Virus record (IMG/VR): IMGVR_UViG_3300025389_000010
Span: 1 to 64,000 of that record
From: a virus
Taxonomy: Duplodnaviria; Caudoviricetes
DNA length: 64,000 bases
Strand: one strand, 5' to 3'
The notes beneath the pieces are model-generated. The model was not told the origin of the DNA. It saw nothing but the letters and a program-made list of their open reading frames with translations, and did no database searches. A program made the position numbers and the translations under genes. Below, piece after piece: positions 6,562-16,585 of the stretch. The stretch's first letter is position 1. The number at the start of each line of letters is the position of its first letter.

Positions 6562-6840
6562 TTACCAAAAAAGATTGTGCTTCTTTGCCGCCAGTTCAAA
6601 ACCTTCGTCCTTGATATACTTTTTAAGTATCTCAACTTCCTGCTTATCAACCTTTACGTTTGATTTTGCGCTAACCTTAAACATCTCAAGTGTTACGTTT
6701 TCAATCTTGATATCCCACTTAACACCCTTAAAGACCATTTTAACCTTATAAGGTCCAGCAGGATTGGTTTTTATCTTTTTAACGTCACCCTCAAACTTCA
6801 TTTTCTCTTCATCAAAATCGCTATCATAGTATTCGTCCAT
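6562..6840 (-). CDS. hypothetical protein, 92 aa
   Basis: ORF track; TTGACA-17-TATATT-6nt-ATG. Confidence 0.75.
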   Translation of the reverse strand: MDEYYDSDFDEEKMKFEGDVKKIKTNPAGPYKVKMVFKGVKWDIKIENVTLEMFKVSAKSNVKVDKQEVEILKKYIKDEGFELAAKKHNLFW

Positions 6841-6871
6841 ATCTATAATATATTTTATTTTAGAAAAAATG

Positions 6872-7078
6872 TCAACGGATTCTTTTAATTGGGTTTAGTA
6901 CAAACTCTACGATTGCGTGTGTTGATGATTTGGTTACTGGCTTGTGATCAACGACAGTATAACCTTTTTGATTGTAAGATTCAATTAATCTTTGAATTTC
7001 AAAATTAAGTGTTCTTTCTCTTTCACCAAAAGTTTGATCTTTCGGCTTATAGTTTATTTTGATGTTTTCTTTTATCAT
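6872..7078 (-). CDS. hypothetical protein, 68 aa
   Basis: ORF track; TGA stop inside the next TTGACA; TAAATA 5 nt upstream of ATG. Confidence 0.7.
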   Translation of the reverse strand: MIKENIKINYKPKDQTFGERERTLNFEIQRLIESYNQKGYTVVDHKPVTKSSTHAIVEFVLNPIKRIR

Positions 7079-7086
7079 GTTTATAT

Positions 7087-7884
7087 TTACGGAGAACCGA
7101 ATTTTTTTCTAGCCCATGCTGCGGTTATTGCATCAGATTGTGATTTATTCGCAACATAACCGTCTGCTTCTCTAATCCAAGTTGTTCCATTAAATTTCCA
7201 AGTATTAACAGTTCCATCTTTTTTGGTGTTAATATGTTCATCACCATCTTTGGGTGGTCTTTTTGGTTCAGGTGCTTTACCTGAAACCATTCCTTCTTCG
7301 ATTTCACCTTTATAGAAAAACCACTCTTTAAAAGCTGTACCGTCGCCACCCATTCCTTCAAATGTGATCTGTGGTATATTTTTAGCATCACGGATAATTT
7401 GATCTTTTTTGGGTTTACCCATGTTTGCTTTTAAATCTTTTGCTTCTTCAACAGAAACGATATGCCATTTTGGGTTTTTTAAAGTTTTAACAAAAATTGT
7501 TAAAGATTTATTTGGTTGTTCATGTGCCTTAAGTATACTTCTTCTATTAAAATTAGAAAAAATACCACCAGCATTTACTTTTTTGTATTCGTCAGATGAA
7601 AGAGGTGTCATCCCGACCAATACAACACTAAAGTTAGCACCACCGTTTAAAACCTTAATAACTCTACCAATTGTATTACTTTCATATTGAATATAATCTC
7701 CTTCTTTTGGTGGATTATCTTTACCTATTGCTTTTTCTCCAGCTTTCTTCTTGTTTTCTGCAAATTTTCCTATTAGTTCACCAACATATGTTGGATTTTG
7801 AGCACCTTTGAGAAAGGAACCAACTGTTGAAAATATACCTTCATTTAAAATTTGATCAACTTTTGCGTCAAAATTAACAATCAT
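7087..7884 (-). CDS. hypothetical protein, 265 aa, possibly virion-associated
   Basis: ORF track; TAAGTA 6 nt before ATG; C-terminal PKDGD...WKFNGTTW motif typical of virion proteins. Confidence 0.7.
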   Translation of the reverse strand: MIVNFDAKVDQILNEGIFSTVGSFLKGAQNPTYVGELIGKFAENKKKAGEKAIGKDNPPKEGDYIQYESNTIGRVIKVLNGGANFSVVLVGMTPLSSDEYKKVNAGGIFSNFNRRSILKAHEQPNKSLTIFVKTLKNPKWHIVSVEEAKDLKANMGKPKKDQIIRDAKNIPQITFEGMGGDGTAFKEWFFYKGEIEEGMVSGKAPEPKRPPKDGDEHINTKKDGTVNTWKFNGTTWIREADGYVANKSQSDAITAAWARKKFGSP

Positions 7885-7946
7885 ATTGAATACTTATACA
7901 TATATTGCGGATATTTGTTGTTTTCAAGTAAGTATTTTTGATAAAC

Positions 7947-8102
7947 ATGAATAAACCAATAATTGTAATAACATCTTATACATCATCTACTGGTTACAGA
8001 GTTAAAGGTACTTTTCCTTTTTATGTAGGTGGTATATCACAATGTTGTCTTGATGCATATAATAAACAAACAATAACACCAATAAACTTTATAGTTTCTT
8101 AA
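7947..8102 (+). CDS. 51-aa protein MNKPIIVITSYTSSTGYRVKGTFPFYVGGISQCCLDAYNKQTITPINFIVS
   Basis: Manual translation; TAAGTA at 7929-7934; stop 1 nt before the ATG of the 1508-aa gene; absent from ORF track. Confidence 0.55.
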   Translation: MNKPIIVITSYTSSTGYRVKGTFPFYVGGISQCCLDAYNKQTITPINFIVS

Positions 8103-8103
8103 A

Positions 8104-11100
8104 ATGGATATATCGTTGTCAACACAAACGCCTTTGTCTTATGTGGATTGGTCAAATTCCATAGGAAGCTTTGCTGTTGCATCACAAGAGAAATATCTAT
8201 CTTATCTAAACAATTGGTACAGTTTTAATAGTAATTTAAATTATAAGAATAATTTAAAAAAAACAACAAGAGATCAATACATACAATTAATAAAAGATGT
8301 TAGCTATCTTTTCAATAAAGATGAAAGAGATCTGTTTCTTTCAGATATAGATTATACAAAGGATGAAGATTTAATCTATATCATACCTTATATTGTTCAA
8401 AAATTAAAAGAAATATCACAGATCATATGCGCTAAAAGAGAGCAATTAAAATACACTAATACCAAACAATCCATGATCGGAACCGATCAAGCTTTGGAAA
8501 AAATATTATATGAATATGTTTTAAAGAATTTTACAAAAAAAGAATATTCTTATACTCATGTTCCGATTTCACCTTTACAAAACGTATTTCCAGAGTTATC
8601 AGCCGTTAATGATGGTTTCTTTATAGAAGTAGAAGAACTTTATGATACTAATACATATTTTGATTCCGACCCATCAGTTGATGTTTCAAAATATGTCGAT
8701 ATAACAAAACTAGCATCATATGAACCATTTGCTGATTTATCAGAAGATGAATTAATGGGTCTTCTTGTAACAAGATTTTTACCAAAAGTATCGGAAACAC
8801 CGCTTTCTACCATTTATAATCAATACGTTCAAAGTTTTACAACTACAGCATCCGCTGTTTCCGGATTTGCGTCATCGCAACTTTATAATAGAATAGCGGC
8901 AAATCAAAAATATTTGTCTGAAAATGTATATGCACTAACTGCTGTAAAAAATTCAGAAGTTAACAATCCGGATTTTGTTTTAAATCTATCATTTCAACAA
9001 GGAAACAATTGGTTTTATTGGCCTAGTGGTGATAAAATTACTGACGTTGATACAATAGGTAACATTTATAAAGCAATACCGATAAACCAATCAAACTTAG
9101 TTTTAAACAGAACCGTAACGGGTTCTTCTTATTTTGATTCAGATTTGTTTTTTACCGATAAAAACGGAACAATAGAAGGTGCTTGGTTGCAAGGAGATAG
9201 AATAGAGAAATCATACGATAAGATTAGTTTGCATATAAATGCTGGCGAAAAAAGATATTTCATTTATCCTTTTGTTGGTTTTAATATAGATCCAAAATCT
9301 TTTGAGTTCAGCGGTTATTCCTTAAATGATGATAATAATGAAATTTTTAATTCCTTATATAAGGATACAAAACAAAAAGTTTTAACTGAATATTACAATG
9401 GTACCCTTCCAGTATCTGCATCCTTTGACATATATTTAAATCAAACTAATCTTTTATCTGCTGGGGCATATGCTGGTTATTTTTCCGATCAAGGTGACAC
9501 CATTATAAAAAAGGCAAGTGCGCAAAATTTCAAAGATTTTTCAGATTATCTATATGGTGACGTAGAAGGTGCTTTCCTTTACAAATATGATTATACGGAA
9601 ATTTATGTAGGTTCCGGTGATAATGATATCATATGGCCTTTGGGAACATATAATGCAGCCACATCACTAATACCCATTACAATTAACCAAGAAACTTGCT
9701 TACCTATACCTCTTAATGAAATTGACCCAAGACATTCAATGGTTGGATCTATTGCAGGTACTGATTTTCAATCTGCCGATGTTATCTATAAAATGCAATC
9801 AAGAGGCGGAACCGATGCAATTGAAGCCGCTTGGTTAGGTACAGGTAATATAAGCCAGCTTGATATTATTAAAAACGCAATACAAGTTTATTCAACATCA
9901 GCTGTTAATTGTGCAGATTATATAGATGGACCAATATTATCATCACTTTCATTATTAATAAATCCGGGTGATAAAGTATCGTTTGTTTGGATGGACAGAG
10001 ACACGCCAGCAGATGAAGTTTTCTCATTTAAACAACATGCTGCCGGTTGTCCATTTGGTAAAACATTCCCTCATGATTTTTATGAAAACCAAGATTATTT
10101 GAACAATAATCCTTTAAACGGGGCAGAGGATTTCCCATTAACCAAAAATCCTTGCACGTGTAGATCAGTTTATTATTCACCAATAGGTTGCCAAGGTAAT
10201 TCACCTAGTGATTATAATGGTATAATGGATTATCTTTTCGCAGATCCTCAAGGTGTAGGTTCAAACTTAAATCTTAAAACTTGGGTTGATACAAGAAACT
10301 TCAATGCTTTTAATAGTCCACAATTTGCTTTCTATAAATTAGATGGAACATTAGATCAGGAAGTTGGTTTCGGAACAGGTAAATGGCAAACTGGTGATGG
10401 TCAGCCCATGATATTAAAGACCGGAAGAAGATATACCTATTCAAGAACCAATCTTAGAAAGACAAGTTCAAATGCTGCGGTTGTTCCATATCTTCTTGTA
10501 AATTATCCATATAAACAAATAACAGTTAATTGTCCAAAAGGATATACAAACCAAACAGATTTGGTTGTTCTCCTAGATCATAGTAGAACAGAAACAAGAT
10601 CTGTTGATTTTATCAAAAACATAGCATCTGATTTATGTTCTAAAATTTTAAGTAACAACGCTGATGTTAAGTTATCTTTAATTTCTTTTGCCTTTAAACC
10701 AGAAGTTAAAAATTATCTAAATAATTCTTTAGGTTTAATTTTACAAAATATTGCAAGTATACAACCATATAGAAATGCTGTTGCTGATTATCCTGCATTT
10801 TTAACTGATATTTATTCAGCATTAAATTCAGCAAACGATGTTCTATTTAACAATAAACCATATGATAATATATGTGACGAGAATGACGTAACAGCACTTT
10901 GTAATAACGTATCAACTCAAATAATAGATAATAGCGGTGTTGCACTTAGAGACAGTAACGGAGTTACTTTAGAATTAAATTGTCCAAGAAAAAATGCAGC
11001 AAAGAAAATAGTAATAATAAGTGATGGTCAAGAAACGGTTAATATAGATAAAGCTGTTCCATATGCAAAAACATTAAAAGATAAAGGTGTTGAAATAACA

Positions 11101-12630
11101 TGTATGGATATCGGTTTATTCTCGCCTGATAATCAAGTCATGGAACAGATGGCTTCCGATGGTCATTATTACGATTTACAAAAATTATCATCAATGACCG
11201 ATTTTGATGAATATTCTTTGAATCAATATATTTCATTAAGATTAATTGGTTGTTTCCCAGCCGTACCCACATGGTGTAAAGCTATAAAAACCGCAGGAGG
11301 TGTATGGGTTTCGTCAAATGAACCCACTGATATGATTTTAAATCCCGGTGATTATATTGTTTATAATCATCAATCATCTGCAAATTATACAACACAAAAT
11401 AATAATAACTTTTCGGTAAATGCAATATCTTTTACAATTAATAAAAAATTAAACGGTTGGGATTATGATACAAATTCATTTTCTCTTTCTGCCATAGGTG
11501 ATTCATATGGCGCAAAACCTTATTGGGGTAAAATGTATGCAAAGGATGAAACAGATTTTGTTAAAAAGACACTATACTTTGGTGGTCAAATAAGATTTTT
11601 AAATGGTTATGTTCCTGTTCATCAACCTGTAGTTTCTGATATGAAACTATCAAATGGTGGTTTTTTTGAATATACAAGCAGAGGCAATAAAAATTTAAAT
11701 TGGATACAACCTGTTTCGTTCAATGTACATTTAACATCTCAACAATGGAATAAACTAATTGTGAGTGAAGATTTTTCAAATTTATCTTTTGCATTACAGA
11801 CTAACAATTTATTAGATTTGATAACAGATTACACTTACGAACCTAGTGATATTGTTCTTGAAAGTTATTCACAATTTAGTCCAGCCCTTTATAATTTATA
11901 TTTAAGAAATCCAAGTTTTATATATAATGAAAATTTATATTATTTAAATTCTTGTAGCGAATCCTATTATATTTTTACATCTGGTGTTGTTCTGTCCGTA
12001 TCAGAACCGTACATGAATTTGGAAAACGTACATTATCCTTCAGTTGCAACTGTTGATTTCCCATCAAATATGGTGTCTAAAAATAAAATAAATTTTTATA
12101 TGACACCAGATAAATTAGGTGTTTCTTTTTATAGAGGAAAAGGATATAGTATTAATCTTGATCCAAATTCTTTATCTTATGTAAATTCAATAAGTGCAGA
12201 AAGATTATTTTTGGATATTAATAAATATGGACCAAGAAACAGAGGATTGACTAAAAAAGATCAAATTTCACCGGTTGTTATATCTGATATTGATAATAGA
12301 TGGATTTATGAACCATTTACATCATCATCAATGGCTGGTAAAATCAGAGATACGGTTCAAAATCAAAAAATGACACCATATATGTCAAATTTTGAATCTG
12401 ATTTATACAATAATATTGGTTTATCTTTACAAAATGATAATTTTAATTTCTGGAATGTTGATTATAATAATGAATGGAATGATAATAAAAATTATCCATT
12501 GACACTCAGAAAAGAAATAGCCACATCATCTTATAATAAGAGAATAGAAACACTCTTGGTAAATAAAGGAACATTAACAGAATGGAAAACCGATATATAC
12601 GGTAATAACTTTGGATTATTTAAAAATTAA
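8104..12630 (+). CDS. large putative virion protein with internal vWA domain, 1508 aa
   Basis: LVVLLDHSRT (MIDAS-like, about 10560), KKIVIISDG, ITCMDIG..MEQMAS; rest unassigned. Confidence 0.8.
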   Translation: MDISLSTQTPLSYVDWSNSIGSFAVASQEKYLSYLNNWYSFNSNLNYKNNLKKTTRDQYIQLIKDVSYLFNKDERDLFLSDIDYTKDEDLIYIIPYIVQKLKEISQIICAKREQLKYTNTKQSMIGTDQALEKILYEYVLKNFTKKEYSYTHVPISPLQNVFPELSAVNDGFFIEVEELYDTNTYFDSDPSVDVSKYVDITKLASYEPFADLSEDELMGLLVTRFLPKVSETPLSTIYNQYVQSFTTTASAVSGFASSQLYNRIAANQKYLSENVYALTAVKNSEVNNPDFVLNLSFQQGNNWFYWPSGDKITDVDTIGNIYKAIPINQSNLVLNRTVTGSSYFDSDLFFTDKNGTIEGAWLQGDRIEKSYDKISLHINAGEKRYFIYPFVGFNIDPKSFEFSGYSLNDDNNEIFNSLYKDTKQKVLTEYYNGTLPVSASFDIYLNQTNLLSAGAYAGYFSDQGDTIIKKASAQNFKDFSDYLYGDVEGAFLYKYDYTEIYVGSGDNDIIWPLGTYNAATSLIPITINQETCLPIPLNEIDPRHSMVGSIAGTDFQSADVIYKMQSRGGTDAIEAAWLGTGNISQLDIIKNAIQVYSTSAVNCADYIDGPILSSLSLLINPGDKVSFVWMDRDTPADEVFSFKQHAAGCPFGKTFPHDFYENQDYLNNNPLNGAEDFPLTKNPCTCRSVYYSPIGCQGNSPSDYNGIMDYLFADPQGVGSNLNLKTWVDTRNFNAFNSPQFAFYKLDGTLDQEVGFGTGKWQTGDGQPMILKTGRRYTYSRTNLRKTSSNAAVVPYLLVNYPYKQITVNCPKGYTNQTDLVVLLDHSRTETRSVDFIKNIASDLCSKILSNNADVKLSLISFAFKPEVKNYLNNSLGLILQNIASIQPYRNAVADYPAFLTDIYSALNSANDVLFNNKPYDNICDENDVTALCNNVSTQIIDNSGVALRDSNGVTLELNCPRKNAAKKIVIISDGQETVNIDKAVPYAKTLKDKGVEITCMDIGLFSPDNQVMEQMASDGHYYDLQKLSSMTDFDEYSLNQYISLRLIGCFPAVPTWCKAIKTAGGVWVSSNEPTDMILNPGDYIVYNHQSSANYTTQNNNNFSVNAISFTINKKLNGWDYDTNSFSLSAIGDSYGAKPYWGKMYAKDETDFVKKTLYFGGQIRFLNGYVPVHQPVVSDMKLSNGGFFEYTSRGNKNLNWIQPVSFNVHLTSQQWNKLIVSEDFSNLSFALQTNNLLDLITDYTYEPSDIVLESYSQFSPALYNLYLRNPSFIYNENLYYLNSCSESYYIFTSGVVLSVSEPYMNLENVHYPSVATVDFPSNMVSKNKINFYMTPDKLGVSFYRGKGYSINLDPNSLSYVNSISAERLFLDINKYGPRNRGLTKKDQISPVVISDIDNRWIYEPFTSSSMAGKIRDTVQNQKMTPYMSNFESDLYNNIGLSLQNDNFNFWNVDYNNEWNDNKNYPLTLRKEIATSSYNKRIETLLVNKGTLTEWKTDIYGNNFGLFKN

Positions 12631-14948
12631 CTTTCTTTTCTTTCCTGTGGTGTATAATGGAAAAACCTGTTGTGTTCAGTTGGAGTAGCAAGTAATATTG
12701 CAGTTACAATTTTATCTTTTAATGTTTCTTGATAGATATAAGACATCCATGTTTGCTCATATGGATATGCCCATTTTGTTTCTAAAAACATCTTTTTGTT
12801 TCCTTCTCTGGATACGACTTGAGGCCAATTACAGTAGTATATTTCACCAGTTGCATAAGGTAAACCATTAAACGATTTAATGTTTTTATATTTTAAGAAC
12901 GGTGCTTTGTTTGTGTCATCACTTGTCTTATTAGGTCTTTCTGGAAAGAACTTTTCTCTTATATCTTGCGGTACATTATGCCAAGCCCATTGTCTGGAAT
13001 TATCACCGAAGAACTCTGTAAAGTTCCATTTAAGATAATCAAATTTTTCATTCCAAATGATATTCATGACTTTATCATAAAGGTTATCAACCTTTCTCAT
13101 GAAACCATTTTTACAGAAGTTATCTTCACCGAGATAAAAGAACATATCATCTTCAAAAAAGAAATGATAATCAAAATTATTTTCATCTGCATGTTCAGAT
13201 ATATATTGGCGACCACCACATATACCAAGATTTTCTTTCATCTTTAAATGAGTAAAATCATATTTTTCACATAACTTTTTATAATCATCATATGTTTTTG
13301 AATCTGTGGAATTATCAATCAAAAACTTCTTTGGTTTATTTAAGAAGTTTTTATCATATTGTTCAAATGACTGACAAAGTTTTGAAAATTGTTCTGGAGA
13401 ATTATATGTTAATACATATAAAGCTGCATTTTTAATATCCATCTTATTAACAAGTGATATTATGTTTTTCTTATAATTTTTATCTTTTAAGTCCTCAAAG
13501 AAAGGCCATATTAAACCGTTGTCTTCTATAAGATACTGTGTTACTAATTCGGGATTATTATAAAGTATTATACTAAAGATACTTTCTTCTGTACCCATGT
13601 ATCCTTCCGATAAACTATTCTTTAAATGTCTATAGTAATGTGAATTGATTTCATTTATTCTCTCTTTCTTGCCACCAAAGAAACCTCCTCGACAAACATA
13701 TTTCACATAGTCTGTATTGGCATAATTTGCAATAGCACCTCTTTCAAATCCATGTATTTCTCCACCGCCCACATATGGATATGTCAAGAAAACAAATTCA
13801 TTATTCGCATCAATGAAATCAGGAAGGTTATTAAAAACCTTATCATGTGTGAAATAACCATAATGAACCGTATTTGCTATACCGGCATCTATCCAGAAAA
13901 AATATTCGCTTTCAAATGGGTTCCATATGGTAACGTTGTTTACCATAAACATTTTACTCATTACCACTGGATTATAACCTTCTAATGTAGCCTGTGGTGA
14001 TTCTCTTAACCAACTTGCCTGTGATAACCATTTCTCGTCTTTTCTTATTTCATTTACTTTATCTGTAAACTCAAACCATTCTTTCATGTCATCCAGACTC
14101 ATGAAGTTAAGAACAGTGTTTTCCTTCTTTCTATGTTTCCATATAAACTCTTCGTCAGCTTTATCAATGAAGATATACATTGGAACATCTGTTGCTAACA
14201 AAAGTGCCATCTTGTCCAAATAATCACTATAGCTACGCTTGAATGATTCGTTTATATCACCTCTTCCCATGTTCCATAATCCAGTAACAATCGTTACTTT
14301 ATTCTTTTCAAGTTTTGTTACTTGTGTTTTTGATGCTTTTTCTATATCTTTCATAGTAAATTCAGGAAATTTATTTTCAATTTCCTTTATAAAAATATCA
14401 GGTAATGGGTGTTCATTAATTTCAATATTTATTGTTAATTTTTCAGGTTTTTCTTTTATGAAAATACAATAATTGTGTCTTAAACACAATGGATAATATT
14501 CTCCATAACGTTCAAAGAAATTACTAAATGTTAAATCTTCTTGCTGGTGTGTTTCGTGTATATTATCAAATTGTGTGGTTTGTGATGGTAAGAAAGGTAC
14601 ACCAATTATAACATTTTTATTAATTTTTGATAATAATGTTTGTGCATCGAAAACAGATGTATGTTCTAACACATCACCTAATATTATAAGATCATATTGA
14701 TTGAAATCTATATTTAAAGAATTTATATCGCCAATATATAAATTTTTATATTTTTCTTTTAAGTTAAATTTAGTAACATAATCATAGAAAACTTCTACAC
14801 CATCAATATTTTCGTAACCTTCTGGTTTTAATAAATCCGAGTATGTTCCGCATCCAGCACTAATATCTAAAATTTTACAATTCTTATTGTAATTTTCTAA
14901 AATATATTCTTTTGTTTGTTGTTTAAAATATCCTGTGCTAAATGGCAT
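12627..14948 (-). CDS. fusion of SAM methyltransferase, HtrL/YibB-like glycosyltransferase and GT-A domain
   Basis: ILDISAGCG and IILGDVLEH; VTIVTGLWNMGR, SKMFMV, YFFWIDAG, RGGFFGG, GTEESIF; YVLTYNSP, NLGICGGRQ, FFEDDM. Confidence 0.75.
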   Translation of the reverse strand: MPFSTGYFKQQTKEYILENYNKNCKILDISAGCGTYSDLLKPEGYENIDGVEVFYDYVTKFNLKEKYKNLYIGDINSLNIDFNQYDLIILGDVLEHTSVFDAQTLLSKINKNVIIGVPFLPSQTTQFDNIHETHQQEDLTFSNFFERYGEYYPLCLRHNYCIFIKEKPEKLTINIEINEHPLPDIFIKEIENKFPEFTMKDIEKASKTQVTKLEKNKVTIVTGLWNMGRGDINESFKRSYSDYLDKMALLLATDVPMYIFIDKADEEFIWKHRKKENTVLNFMSLDDMKEWFEFTDKVNEIRKDEKWLSQASWLRESPQATLEGYNPVVMSKMFMVNNVTIWNPFESEYFFWIDAGIANTVHYGYFTHDKVFNNLPDFIDANNEFVFLTYPYVGGGEIHGFERGAIANYANTDYVKYVCRGGFFGGKKERINEINSHYYRHLKNSLSEGYMGTEESIFSIILYNNPELVTQYLIEDNGLIWPFFEDLKDKNYKKNIISLVNKMDIKNAALYVLTYNSPEQFSKLCQSFEQYDKNFLNKPKKFLIDNSTDSKTYDDYKKLCEKYDFTHLKMKENLGICGGRQYISEHADENNFDYHFFFEDDMFFYLGEDNFCKNGFMRKVDNLYDKVMNIIWNEKFDYLKWNFTEFFGDNSRQWAWHNVPQDIREKFFPERPNKTSDDTNKAPFLKYKNIKSFNGLPYATGEIYYCNWPQVVSREGNKKMFLETKWAYPYEQTWMSYIYQETLKDKIVTAILLATPTEHNRFFHYTPQERKES

Positions 14949-14984
14949 ACTTTATTTAATAAATTTTTTATTTATTCAAGAGTT

Positions 14985-15707
14985 TTATTCCTCAAATCTT
15001 TGAGAGTAAAGCTTGCTATTGTAATCGCTAAAGTGTGGCAAGTGAAAAGCTGCAAAATTACTTGTCGGTTTTATTTTTTTAACACCATTATAAGAAAATA
15101 TTCTATCCATCATATCACCATCTTCACCACCCCAACCTACATATTTTTCATTAAACCCACCAATATCCAACAATAAATAAGTATCGCAAATATAAACGCC
15201 ACCTAATCCACCAACATGACCATTACCAAATGGGCCGTTTTTTCTATTACCGGAATATGCATAAGACCAATCGGCTTTATCTAATATAAATTCATCATTT
15301 GCCAAATATTGATCTATTAGTGTATGATCAAGTTTAGCTAAATCAAAAGTTATAACATTTCCTTTTTCTAAACTTTTTATAAGATTCAAGAAATTATTAT
15401 AATCACTTTTATCAAAAAAAGCATCACAATCAATCATCATAAAAAAATCAGAGTTTGCGTTTTCTTTTAAAATAATATTTGTTTTTTCTGCTTTTTTATA
15501 TACACCCAGTGGATATGAAATATGAATAGCTTCATCTATAACTTTTTCCGGAGAAAAATCATAAAGTTTTACAAAAGAATTAATCCCATTTTCAAGTAAA
15601 AAAGAATTTAATTTTTTTAATTCTTTCCAAGCGAAATTTACATTTCTAACTCTTGTTGAATCTTCTTGACCATCATGCCAAAATTTCATGTTAATTGATA
15701 ATCTCAT
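14985..15707 (-). CDS. GT-A glycosyltransferase with GT7/GT2 C-terminal signature
   Basis: MMIDCDAFF (DxD) and GGFNEKYVGWGGEDGDM. Confidence 0.75.
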   Translation of the reverse strand: MRLSINMKFWHDGQEDSTRVRNVNFAWKELKKLNSFLLENGINSFVKLYDFSPEKVIDEAIHISYPLGVYKKAEKTNIILKENANSDFFMMIDCDAFFDKSDYNNFLNLIKSLEKGNVITFDLAKLDHTLIDQYLANDEFILDKADWSYAYSGNRKNGPFGNGHVGGLGGVYICDTYLLLDIGGFNEKYVGWGGEDGDMMDRIFSYNGVKKIKPTSNFAAFHLPHFSDYNSKLYSQRFEE

Positions 15708-16585
15708 GCGAATTCCTCCAATACTTTATAAAAACTTTTATTTATTTTTGTGTATTCTATCATATCCAAACCTTCAATGCTTAAGCCTTCATGCCACCAA
15801 ATTTCAAAATATTTTGGTTTGAATAAATAATTATGATTGAAATATATCACGGTCATTATATTTTCTTCAGCGTAAAGAACAGTTTCATTATCCAATAATT
15901 TATTTAAATAGTCAAAGAATAAATTACAGTATTTTTTCATTTGATCAATTTTGCCACCAAAAAATCCACCAATTATATGAAATACGTTATCATAATCTTT
16001 ATAATAAGATGAAGGGACCGTTCCCATCCAAAAGTTTTTTTGATTCTCTTTTAGACATATTACAAGTCCATCATCAGAATATTTTGCCATATTATTGATA
16101 AATTTATTATCGAATATTGTGGATTCGTAATATGTTTCCCAATAACCAGTGGTAAAAGGTCTGTATTTTGGAGGTATAATACCACAATGTGAAAGACCAG
16201 CATCAAACCAAAAAACATAATCGTATGATTCATCTTTGCATTCTTCCATACACCATATGAATTTAGAATATTGTATTTCAGAACACCTATCTGATTTTTT
16301 TACTTCATCTATGTTTTTTATTTTTTTTATTTTTTCTGAAAATTCAAAATTATAAAGATCATAAAGTTTAAATTTTATTTTATCTTCGGTAAAATTATGT
16401 TCTTCGTAAAAGAAATGTTTAAGATCTTCTATTTCATCCTCCTTTGTATAACAAACAAAATCAGCATCGGACATTTTAAGCAAAGATTTTAAAGAATGCC
16501 TATAATGTCCGCCTCTATTCATTCTGCCTCCCAAATCTGTACCAAAAAGATTTGAAAATATAGCTGTTACTATTTTAATTTTCAT
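15704..16585 (-). CDS. HtrL/YibB-like glycosyltransferase
   Basis: YSKFIW, YVFWFDAG, IIGGFFGG, AEENIM; resembles the middle domain of 12627..14948. Confidence 0.65.
   Translation of the reverse strand: MKIKIVTAIFSNLFGTDLGGRMNRGGHYRHSLKSLLKMSDADFVCYTKEDEIEDLKHFFYEEHNFTEDKIKFKLYDLYNFEFSEKIKKIKNIDEVKKSDRCSEIQYSKFIWCMEECKDESYDYVFWFDAGLSHCGIIPPKYRPFTTGYWETYYESTIFDNKFINNMAKYSDDGLVICLKENQKNFWMGTVPSSYYKDYDNVFHIIGGFFGGKIDQMKKYCNLFFDYLNKLLDNETVLYAEENIMTVIYFNHNYLFKPKYFEIWWHEGLSIEGLDMIEYTKINKSFYKVLEEFA

Noticed and set aside
2514-6751. Plus-strand ORFs over the early region (e.g. 2514..2792, 3082..3621, 4991..5395, 5909..6226, 6431..6751)
   Set aside because: They are antisense shadows of well-supported minus-strand genes or RNA elements, with no recognisable motifs.
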